Below, piece after piece: positions 1 through 8,222 of a DNA stretch of 64,000 nt; within the stretch, counting starts at the first letter, position 1; every line of letters starts with the position of its first letter. The notes under the pieces are model-generated. The model was not told the origin of the DNA. It worked only from the letters and a program-made list of their open reading frames with translations, and made no database searches. Both the position numbers and the translations under genes were made by a program. The DNA is taken from positions 157,448 through 221,447 of the IMG/VR virus record IMGVR_UViG_3300022921_000002; one strand, given 5' to 3'.

Positions 1-1
1 T

Positions 2-280
2 TATCTGTGGTTTCATGGTTTATTTAATAATGTATTAGAAGACCCTGCTTGTCAGACAATGTGGAACAAAACTAAACCATGGCTGGCTAATCATAAACCG
101 CTTCCTGAAACACCTGACAACCCACATTGGTTTACACCATATAATGCCAGCCGATGGACAAAAATAAGAAAACAAGGATTGCCATTAACAGGACCTTGTT
201 ATAAATTAGCACATGGAACATCTAGGAGAATGATCCAAGAACCTACTATTATGAGGATATTTAATTATGAAAGTAAATAA
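2..280 (+). CDS. Partial CDS (5' end outside window), C-terminus of a putative capsular-polysaccharide-synthesis-type glycosyltransferase
   Basis: Frame is open from base 2 (YLWFHGLF...PHWF...PCYKL), resembling the Caps_synth C-terminus; adjacent to a GT25 gene. Confidence 0.4.
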   Translation, partial: YLWFHGLFNNVLEDPACQTMWNKTKPWLANHKPLPETPDNPHWFTPYNASRWTKIRKQGLPLTGPCYKLAHGTSRRMIQEPTIMRIFNYESK

Positions 281-1028
281 GTATTATATAATTTATACTA
301 ATGATAACCTATCAAAACAATACGCAAATGATGCTGCCGAGCAATGTAAAAAGCTTGGAGTAAATTATGAGTTATACGAAGGATGGAAACCACAAGGTGG
401 TCCTGGTCAAATGTGGAGAAAGTTTACCGCTGAAACAGGAATTCCAATCAAATCATTTAAAAGAATGATGGTTGGTGCTCATGGTTGTATGGCTTCTCAT
501 TTACAATTATGGCAAAGGATTGTTCAGAATAAAGAATGTGCTGTTATATTAGAACACGATGGGATGATGCTTCATAAAGTAAAGTTGGATATTCCTGATA
601 ACAAAATCGTTGCGTTAGGATACAAATATAGAGAATGGGAAAACTATGACTATAAAACCGCAGGTCAACCCGAAAGAATTAAAGATGTGAAATTTCATCC
701 AGGTTCTCATGCGTATGCTATTACACACATTACCGCGCAGAAAATGATTGATGAAGTAACAAAGGTAGGTGTTACCGAGGCAATTGATAATCGTTGGTTT
801 ATGAGCAGTCGGAAAAATTTTACTAAAATACCAATGGCTATTTGTGATCCTATAGCAGCAATTGGGTGGTTAAGATTATCAACTATTCAGAAATATAGTG
901 CCACTCATAATAATCATGCCGAAATGTTAGAATCTTTTAAGAACAACTTTAAAGGTCAGCTAAAGGAATCAATCGTTATACCCAAAGGGTCTGTAAATAT
1001 TATAAATAGAAACAAAATCAGAGAATAG
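267..1028 (+). CDS. Glycosyltransferase family 25-like protein
   Basis: GCMASHLQLW...VILEHDG and GSHAYAI motifs typical of GT25. Confidence 0.7.
   Translation: MKVNKYYIIYTNDNLSKQYANDAAEQCKKLGVNYELYEGWKPQGGPGQMWRKFTAETGIPIKSFKRMMVGAHGCMASHLQLWQRIVQNKECAVILEHDGMMLHKVKLDIPDNKIVALGYKYREWENYDYKTAGQPERIKDVKFHPGSHAYAITHITAQKMIDEVTKVGVTEAIDNRWFMSSRKNFTKIPMAICDPIAAIGWLRLSTIQKYSATHNNHAEMLESFKNNFKGQLKESIVIPKGSVNIINRNKIRE
1001..1008 (+). promoter_or_regulatory. T4-type late promoter
   Basis: TATAAATA about 30 nt upstream of the ATG at 1038. Confidence 0.7.
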
Positions 1029-1037
1029 AGGTATCTT

Positions 1038-4000
1038 ATGGCAGACGAAAGCAATAAGGACAAAAAGAAAAAGGTTAAGGGATTTAAAGAATTTGATCCT
1101 GGAAACTATATTGATATTGAACCTACTATCAATGAAGCAAAAGTAGGCGAGGTTGTTATTTCTTGGGGACGTATGAACCCTATTACAACTGGGCACGAAA
1201 AACTTATCAATAGAGTTTTAAATGTAGCAAAATCAAAGAATGCTATTCCTGCTGTATTTTTAACACATTCTCAAGATAAAACAAAAAATCCATTGTCATA
1301 TAATGATAAGATCAAATATGCCGAGGTAGCATTTGGTAAAATCATTAAAAGATCAACTGCCAAGACAATCATTCAATTAATGCAGCAGTTACAAAAGAAA
1401 TTTAAAAAGGTAACTCTCGTTGTTGGTTCTGACCGATATAAAGAGATGGATACATTGCTTAACAAATACAATGGTAAAGAATATAAATTTGATGAAATAG
1501 AAGTTGTATCCGCAGGTGCTAGAGATCCTGACGCTGAAGGTGTTAAAGGAATGTCAGCATCAAAAATGCGTGAGTATGCTGTTTCAGATAATATCAAAAA
1601 GTTTACTACAGGATTACCTAGTAAGCTAAAAACAAGCGCGGCCGACATTATGGCCAGCATTAAAAAGGGAATGGGAATGTCGGAAGAATATAACGAAGAT
1701 AACTTTATCGAAGAAGATGAATTAGACGAAGCTTTGACTCGACAGCAGCGTATTAAACGCGGCCGTCAAATGCGAAGAATGCGTGTTAAAATGAAACGAG
1801 GTCGGGAAAAGGCAAAGCGGCGCCGTGCCAATATTGATGTTTTGAAAAGAAGATCAAGAAAAGCAGCACGTAATATAATTAAAAAGCGTCTTGCTGGTAA
1901 TAAACGATATGCTGATATGGAGCCTGCGGAAAAGGAACGTATTGATAAACGCATTGAAAAGATTTCAAAACAACGTATTGATAACCTGGCAATTAAATTG
2001 TTACCTTCTGTTAAAAAGAAAGAACGTGAGAGATTACAAGCACGTCATAATAAGAATGAGTCTGTTGATCTGAATGAGATGTGGGGTGCATATGTAACTA
2101 AGCGACCACATATGCTTATGGATAAAAACAACAAACCAAAGTTTGATAAACGGTTTAAGATGTTTAAACCTAAACAAGTTACAGAGATGAATGAGTTTGA
2201 TATTGAAGATATCGTTGAACTTATGGAATCAGTTGAAAAATTTACCGAAACAACAGGTAAATATTACACAGGTGTTGCTAAAAATAAGAAAGATGACCGT
2301 GAAGATCATTTTGAACGTAATGCTAAAAAGGCTGATGATGATCCTTCAGCATATAGGCCAGCACCAGGTGATAAAGAAGCAAAGACAAAAGAATCAAAGC
2401 ATACAAAAAAAGCACGAGCGATGGGTTACACTGAAGAATTTGATTTTTTAGGTGAAGATGCCGCAGGCAAATCATTAGCTGATAAAGCAAAGAAATCTGA
2501 CATGCCTGCAGGGATTTTACGTAAAGTATATAACCGTGGTGTTGCCGCATGGAAAACAGGTCACCGCCCAGGAACAACACCTGAACAATGGGGACATGCT
2601 CGAGTAAATTCATTTATTACTAAATCCTCTGGTACATGGGGTAAGGCTGATAAAGACCTTGCTGCAAAGGTTAATGAATCAGTAGAAACAGTTAATGAAG
2701 TTAGGAGAAACGCTATGGCTGCCAAGCCTAAGAACACTAAAGCAGAACGTGAGAGTAGACTAGCACAGAATATGAAAAAATTAAAGGATATGCGTAAATC
2801 TGATAAGTCTTGGGGTAAATCAAGCGCATTTGATTATCACGAGGAAGTAGAACTTGACGAATTAACAGCAGCTGAGAAAAAGCTAGTAAATCAAATGTAT
2901 GATAAAAAAGGCAACCTCACACCACATGGTAAAAAAGTAATGAACCACGGTAAGAAAAAAGGTGATAAAGGTTTTGTTGAATCGTTAGATGATAAGTTTG
3001 AAGCATTCATCTCACTTAATGAAGCCGCAACGCCTCAAATGAAAAAGGCAGCTGCAAGTATCGAAGCATATGCAAAGAAAAGCGGTGGCATTGATAAAGC
3101 AGACTTTATGAAAGCAGCAAAGATGCTATCATCTGGTAATGCTGGTATAAAATTCGTTAAATTTGTAGATGATCTTGATACAGAACCACGCGAATGGTTA
3201 ATCACTAATCTTGCTAAGACTATGGGTAAACAAACAGTTGAAAAAATGTTTAAAGTTAAAATCCGTGAAGAAGTAGAACTAGATGAAGCCGAAATGAGCC
3301 TATATGATAAAATAAAGGCAGCAAGAGCAAACCCATCACCAGACAAGCCTGCAAGAGGTCGTGGATCAAAAAATCGTAATCCAAAAACTTATGACCCACG
3401 CAAAGCACTAGACAAAGAAGATGATCGTCTTCAAGGTATGGTAAAGAAAAAATTGAAAAAAGAAGAGTTTGAACTTGATGAAGATCTTACACACCAGACA
3501 GTAAAGCCACCGAATCATACTAAAAAGTTTTCTGGGAAAGATTCTCGTGACACACAAGACACATCGGCGAATGAGTGGGATGCGCCAGGTAATAAGCGTC
3601 ATACTGTAACGAGTAGTCAAGCAGATGCTCATGATAAAACTGCTGCACATCACAATGAGGTTGCGGATGCTCATACAAAGGCAGGCGAAAAATCTTCTAG
3701 TCCAACTTTACAAAGATTGCATCACCAAGCCTCAGTCCATCATAAGAAGGCAGCAGAAGCACACTTTAATGCTTCTCATTCTAGTTCAGGTGCAGATAAA
3801 GATGGTTCTATTCAAAAAAAGGCAAAGGATCTGCATATGGCATACCATCTAACTATGCATGCTAACAAGATGTCTCAAGAAGTAAGAAATAAGGGTTCTA
3901 AAGCAAAGCGTATCCTTGAAGAAGTAGAAGAGCTTGATGAAGATGCTAAAATGAAAAAGCAATCTGATGATAACCTAAAAAGTTTACATAAGCAATTCAA

Positions 4001-4301
4001 AGGTCAAGATCAAAAAATGCCATCAACTCAGCATATGATGAAGCGTATCACTAAAGAAATGAAACGCCGTAATATGGGTGAGTCTGAAGAAGCAGCAAAG
4101 TTAGCATCTGTTGCTAACGGTGGTGTTCAGGATAAAGAAGATAAATTTAGAAATGCATTAAACCGTGTTCGTAATAAAAAATCAATGAAAGATGAAAGCT
4201 CTTGTGGATCATCAAAGAAAAGAAATGAAGAAGCTGGCGCAGGCGAAGAAGGTACAGCTAAATTAGTTAAAAGACTAAAGAAGGATACACCTAATGCATA
4301 G
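1038..4301 (+). CDS. Putative head-packaged polyprotein: N-terminal HxGH-type (cytidylyl/adenylyl)transferase domain plus about 10 basic modules separated by acidic [LIV]xE linkers
   Basis: WGRMNPITTGHEKL...VVGSDR...MSASKMRE nucleotidyltransferase motifs; repeated EEVELDE/EEFELDE/xLNE linkers; late promoter. Confidence 0.7.
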   Translation: MADESNKDKKKKVKGFKEFDPGNYIDIEPTINEAKVGEVVISWGRMNPITTGHEKLINRVLNVAKSKNAIPAVFLTHSQDKTKNPLSYNDKIKYAEVAFGKIIKRSTAKTIIQLMQQLQKKFKKVTLVVGSDRYKEMDTLLNKYNGKEYKFDEIEVVSAGARDPDAEGVKGMSASKMREYAVSDNIKKFTTGLPSKLKTSAADIMASIKKGMGMSEEYNEDNFIEEDELDEALTRQQRIKRGRQMRRMRVKMKRGREKAKRRRANIDVLKRRSRKAARNIIKKRLAGNKRYADMEPAEKERIDKRIEKISKQRIDNLAIKLLPSVKKKERERLQARHNKNESVDLNEMWGAYVTKRPHMLMDKNNKPKFDKRFKMFKPKQVTEMNEFDIEDIVELMESVEKFTETTGKYYTGVAKNKKDDREDHFERNAKKADDDPSAYRPAPGDKEAKTKESKHTKKARAMGYTEEFDFLGEDAAGKSLADKAKKSDMPAGILRKVYNRGVAAWKTGHRPGTTPEQWGHARVNSFITKSSGTWGKADKDLAAKVNESVETVNEVRRNAMAAKPKNTKAERESRLAQNMKKLKDMRKSDKSWGKSSAFDYHEEVELDELTAAEKKLVNQMYDKKGNLTPHGKKVMNHGKKKGDKGFVESLDDKFEAFISLNEAATPQMKKAAASIEAYAKKSGGIDKADFMKAAKMLSSGNAGIKFVKFVDDLDTEPREWLITNLAKTMGKQTVEKMFKVKIREEVELDEAEMSLYDKIKAARANPSPDKPARGRGSKNRNPKTYDPRKALDKEDDRLQGMVKKKLKKEEFELDEDLTHQTVKPPNHTKKFSGKDSRDTQDTSANEWDAPGNKRHTVTSSQADAHDKTAAHHNEVADAHTKAGEKSSSPTLQRLHHQASVHHKKAAEAHFNASHSSSGADKDGSIQKKAKDLHMAYHLTMHANKMSQEVRNKGSKAKRILEEVEELDEDAKMKKQSDDNLKSLHKQFKGQDQKMPSTQHMMKRITKEMKRRNMGESEEAAKLASVANGGVQDKEDKFRNALNRVRNKKSMKDESSCGSSKKRNEEAGAGEEGTAKLVKRLKKDTPNA

Positions 4302-4566
4302 CTTCAAGCAACATTTGGAAGCATGCTGGTCTGATTACAAACAGGTTGGCATGAAGAAAAAAGGTGACAAGATGGTACCTAATTGTGTACCAAAGAATGA
4401 AAGTATTCCACCTGAAGTTGTGGGTGCGGCAATTGCTGCTCCTATGGTTGCACAAGGTATTAAGCATACCGCAAAAGGTGTTGCCAAAGCAGTTAAAGGT
4501 GCTATTAAGGCACGTAGAGCTATTAAGAATGCAGGTCAACGAATTGCTGATAAGGTAGTAAAATGA
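4294..4566 (+). CDS. Small basic putative internal head protein
   Basis: N-terminus MHSFKQHLEA (CTS-like); CWxxYKQVGMKKKGDKMVPNCVP motif. Confidence 0.6.
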   Translation: MHSFKQHLEACWSDYKQVGMKKKGDKMVPNCVPKNESIPPEVVGAAIAAPMVAQGIKHTAKGVAKAVKGAIKARRAIKNAGQRIADKVVK

Positions 4567-4850
4567 AAACATTTAAACAATATATCTTTGCTGAGCATAC
4601 ACAATGTGGAACACCTGATTGTTGTGGTGAATGTGATACCGCCGTTACCGAAGGCTCAGAAACCTGGGAAGCTGGATATAAGCGCCGTGTTGTAAAAACA
4701 ACTGATCCTGACCATAAAGAGGCAGGACATAATTGGCGTATTAAAGGTAAAGATAAATCTCATCTTACTATTAAATTATATAAAGAAAAGCCTTCACAAC
4801 AAGAATTCAATAAACAAATGAAAAGAGTTGCAGGACACGAGTTCGGATGA
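4563..4850 (+). CDS. Small putative internal head protein with Cys cluster
   Basis: N-terminus MKTFKQYIFAE; HTQCGTPDCCGEC motif; overlaps both neighbours. Confidence 0.6.
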   Translation: MKTFKQYIFAEHTQCGTPDCCGECDTAVTEGSETWEAGYKRRVVKTTDPDHKEAGHNWRIKGKDKSHLTIKLYKEKPSQQEFNKQMKRVAGHEFG

Positions 4851-5140
4851 AAAGCTTTAAGCAATATATTTCTGAAGGTATCATGGTTAAACTGATTCGT
4901 GGTAAAGGCCAGGATACTTTAAAAATGAAAGACACTAAAGAAAAGAGTTGGGTTGAATTACGCGGCAAACCTAATTTTGAAACTAAATATGATAAAAGGG
5001 ATCCGTTACATAAAGCAATTACGGCGCTAGGTAAATCGGCAAGCATATCTGATTTTATGAATGGTGATGAAGTAAGTATAAATCCAAACCATCCTGACGG
5101 TAAGAAAGCGTTGGCAACTATAAAGAAGTTAATGAAATGA
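4847..5140 (+). CDS. Small basic putative internal head protein
   Basis: N-terminus MKSFKQYISE; ATGA coupling. Confidence 0.6.
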   Translation: MKSFKQYISEGIMVKLIRGKGQDTLKMKDTKEKSWVELRGKPNFETKYDKRDPLHKAITALGKSASISDFMNGDEVSINPNHPDGKKALATIKKLMK

Positions 5141-5403
5141 AAACATTTAAACAACATATGGAAGCAACATACCAAGGTAAAGAGGTTAAGTTAAACAAAC
5201 CTATGGCGGGTGATGTTGCTAAATCAAAAGTATTCGTTGATCCTGATGGCGACGGTGTTGCTAAAAAAGTTAATTTTGGTGACAAGAATATGACAATTAA
5301 AAAGCATATTCCAGGTCGACGTAAATCTTTTAGAGCAAGACATAATTGCGATAATCCTGGGCCAAAAGATAAGGCACGATATTGGTCTTGTAAAGCCTGG
5401 TAA
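5137..5403 (+). CDS. Small basic putative internal head protein
   Basis: N-terminus MKTFKQHMEA; KKVNFGD...RRKSFRARHNC...ARYWSCKAW domain. Confidence 0.6.
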   Translation: MKTFKQHMEATYQGKEVKLNKPMAGDVAKSKVFVDPDGDGVAKKVNFGDKNMTIKKHIPGRRKSFRARHNCDNPGPKDKARYWSCKAW

Positions 5404-5407
5404 ATAT

Positions 5408-5415
5408 TATAAATA
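5408..5415 (+). promoter_or_regulatory. T4-type late promoter
   Basis: TATAAATA upstream of ORF 5442. Confidence 0.65.
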
Positions 5416-5441
5416 AAACAAACAGCAAATAGAGAAGTAAT

Positions 5442-5786
5442 ATGTATAGTTTTTCAGAACATAGTCTTATTGAACACGTTGAGGCACATCTCATTGAGAA
5501 TGATCTTGTACTTGATAATATAGATGACGAACAACTTGACGAAATCATCGGTATGGCCGCAAAGGCTGTAGGGGCAGTTGCTAAGGTAGGTGCAAAAGGT
5601 GTTCGACGAGCATTAACAAATAAACAAGGTCAATTCCGTTTATCAACTGCTGGGCGTAATACGGCACGTGCTAATAAAGCAAAACGTATTAATGATAGAG
5701 CAAATGCTATCCGTGATAGAAAAACCACAAAGGCGAATATTGACAAGGCCAGAGAAAACTTACGCAAAGCAAGAGAGGGAAAATAA
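5442..5786 (+). CDS. Putative internal head protein (acidic propeptide plus basic domain)
   Basis: Acidic N-terminal part ending QLDE, then an Arg/Lys/Ala-rich domain. Confidence 0.55.
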   Translation: MYSFSEHSLIEHVEAHLIENDLVLDNIDDEQLDEIIGMAAKAVGAVAKVGAKGVRRALTNKQGQFRLSTAGRNTARANKAKRINDRANAIRDRKTTKANIDKARENLRKAREGK

Positions 5787-5787
5787 A

Positions 5788-6351
5788 ATGGACACGAATA
5801 CAGTTAGAGAAGCAATTATTGATGCCCTCGGTCGAGTAGGTGAACTCGACGAAAAGAAAATGGATCCAGTGGGGCAGGCTGACGCAGATATTGATAACGA
5901 TGGAGACGTTGATAATTCAGATGAATATCTTCACAAACGTCGCAAAGCTATCAAAAAGGCTATGAAAGAAGAGCAAGAAGCTCGCTTAAATGAAGCAACA
6001 GCTATGACTGCTGGGCCAAAAGGTAGCTTAGGCGGAATTGGTAAAAAACCATCTATGCCTGCTCCTGGAGATAGTAAAAGAACTATTAATGCTCCAAAAG
6101 GAACCGCACGTCATCATGCCGATATGGCAGCAAAACATCAGCAGTCAGCTGAGCATCACGGAAGAAGAGCATCTGAACATGAGGATGAAGGAAATGATGA
6201 TAAAGCAGATCATCATTATGATAAAATGCAACATCACGATAATGCGGCTGATGCGCATCAGCATGCACAAGATATGATTAAGAAACACGGTTCCGATCAT
6301 CCTGAAGCTCAAAAAGCATCTAAAGAAGCTAATAAGCATAAATTATCATAA
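5788..6351 (+). CDS. Putative internal head protein with EF-hand-like loop and His-rich C-terminus
   Basis: ATG 5788 after GAGG; ELDE and RLNE sites; DADIDNDGDVDNSDE loop; dense His repeats. Confidence 0.55.
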   Translation: MDTNTVREAIIDALGRVGELDEKKMDPVGQADADIDNDGDVDNSDEYLHKRRKAIKKAMKEEQEARLNEATAMTAGPKGSLGGIGKKPSMPAPGDSKRTINAPKGTARHHADMAAKHQQSAEHHGRRASEHEDEGNDDKADHHYDKMQHHDNAADAHQHAQDMIKKHGSDHPEAQKASKEANKHKLS

Positions 6352-6388
6352 GAATAAATAAGAAACCCAAATAAGGAGATAAAAACAA

Positions 6389-6691
6389 ATGGCACTTTGG
6401 GGAAAAACCGACACATTAGCAGATGTTCCAAAATGGTTGGAAGACGACGCTAATAATACAAACAAATCAAATGATCGCGACAACGCGGTGTTTGTTGACC
6501 TTACAGAAGCTGGAGTTGCAGCTAACAGAGCAAAAGGTTTGACAGGTCCGGGCTGGTGGTTGTACCACACATCAAATGGCCGTCATTATGCAGAATGCTT
6601 GGTACCAATGAAAGTATCCGCGGGAGATGCAGGTGACCTTGGTGTAACAGGTGATACTGCTGTTGAAGACTTAATCGTAGCTGATACTTAA
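6389..6691 (+). CDS. Hypothetical, probable virion protein
   Basis: AATAAATA and AAGGAG upstream; MALWGKTD N-terminus. Confidence 0.5.
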   Translation: MALWGKTDTLADVPKWLEDDANNTNKSNDRDNAVFVDLTEAGVAANRAKGLTGPGWWLYHTSNGRHYAECLVPMKVSAGDAGDLGVTGDTAVEDLIVADT

Positions 6692-6707
6692 GTAAAGAAA
6701 ATATAAT

Positions 6708-7082
6708 ATGAAATTAACAGAATCAACCTTTCTGTTATTTGCCGCAAAACATTATGATAATCCACAATGCTCCGACGTATCAGAGTTTGAAGAGGATTTA
6801 AAACGTTTTCATTATTTACGAAAACTATTTGGCAGATATAGGCAAGATAAAGATTTAAAAGAAAGGTTGATTCTGAATCACCTGATAATCATATATAACG
6901 TATTCGGTGAACAAGCAACGAGTATTTTGTTTATGAGACTTTATGAATACCATGATTATTTAAAACCGTTTGTTGAATACTTAAACTTCATGCCTACGGT
7001 TATTGAATATGATGGGATTATTATACACAAGGATAGTATTGTGTCTGATAAGTGTATTAAAGAAAAACTCGAAGGAATTTGA
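6708..7082 (+). CDS. Conserved hypothetical protein of marine T4-like phages
   Basis: FAAKHYDNPQC...ERLILNHLIIIYNVFG pattern recalled from marine T4-like phages. Confidence 0.55.
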   Translation: MKLTESTFLLFAAKHYDNPQCSDVSEFEEDLKRFHYLRKLFGRYRQDKDLKERLILNHLIIIYNVFGEQATSILFMRLYEYHDYLKPFVEYLNFMPTVIEYDGIIIHKDSIVSDKCIKEKLEGI

Positions 7083-7085
7083 CCC

Positions 7086-8222
7086 ATGGTCGTTGATCTA
7101 TTTTTAGTTTACCAATTCATCCGCCGTTTGGCTACACCATTTAATAAGTGGGAAGCATATAAGCAAGGTATTATTGATAAAGATGGTAAAGTATTAATCA
7201 AATCAAAAGATTTTACAAAAGGTTCTCAACGTAAAGCGTGGGGAATTTTTGATAGAATGATTGCTAACCTTAAAAAGTTGTTGGCAAAGGTACCTGGCGG
7301 TAGTTCTCAGTTTGCATCATATGCTGCCGCATTGTTTCTAATTAAAGAATACAAACATTTTACCGATGAATCATTACTAAATGAAGAATGGACTGATGAA
7401 CAATTAGATGAATCAATGCATTTATTTCATATTAGATATAATCATTATACCATACTCTCCGAAAATGTCAATGGTTATTTTGATGAACTTGATGAAAAAC
7501 TTAAAGCATCAGATGATATGGGTGTGTGGGTAAAAGATTTTCAGAAATCAGATGCACCACAATTCAAAGGCAAATCTCAAAAGAAAAGACAACAAATGGC
7601 CGTTGCTGCAAAGCTTGACGCAATGGATGAAGAATTACAAGAAGGCGCATTTAAAAGAATAGCACAAGTGCAATCAAATAAAGCAGATCGTATGGCTTCA
7701 AACGACAAAAAAGGTTTGGATACGTATAAGAAAAAACCAAAAACTGAAATTAAAGAAGCTGCTTCTCCACGTTGGAAAAAAGCTGGACCAAACGGCGAAA
7801 TACAAGCCACTATTGGTGGAAAGAAATATCAAATAGAAAAATCCTTAGATCACAATGAACGCCATAAAGGTGAGTGGAAAGTTATGGTTTGGGATAAGCG
7901 TAGAAACAGCTGGGAGTGGGAAACCACTGAGTACGGTAAAGCCAACGCTAAAGATTGGATTATGGATAGACTAAAAGAATCAGCTACTAATATGCGTAAT
8001 ATAAAACTTGTTAATAAAATCAAGAAGTCTGGTGTTGTAAAATCTGGTTCTATGTCACAGAATGATCCCAAAAAATCTGTTGATACAAAACCTGAAATTA
8101 CAGAAGAAATGCCAGCCAATGCAGTAAGTACCGGTGCAATTGCTAATATGGATGCGTCGGGAATTGATAACAAAAAGAAAAAGAAAAAGATTAAGGATAT
8201 GATGAGGAGAACCCTACAATGA
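7086..8222 (+). CDS. Conserved N-terminal domain plus modular basic segments; second putative processed head protein
   Basis: TPFNKWEAYKQGIIDKDG N-domain; QLDE, ELDE, ELQE, EIKE, RLKE and ITEE boundaries. Confidence 0.55.
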   Translation: MVVDLFLVYQFIRRLATPFNKWEAYKQGIIDKDGKVLIKSKDFTKGSQRKAWGIFDRMIANLKKLLAKVPGGSSQFASYAAALFLIKEYKHFTDESLLNEEWTDEQLDESMHLFHIRYNHYTILSENVNGYFDELDEKLKASDDMGVWVKDFQKSDAPQFKGKSQKKRQQMAVAAKLDAMDEELQEGAFKRIAQVQSNKADRMASNDKKGLDTYKKKPKTEIKEAASPRWKKAGPNGEIQATIGGKKYQIEKSLDHNERHKGEWKVMVWDKRRNSWEWETTEYGKANAKDWIMDRLKESATNMRNIKLVNKIKKSGVVKSGSMSQNDPKKSVDTKPEITEEMPANAVSTGAIANMDASGIDNKKKKKKIKDMMRRTLQ

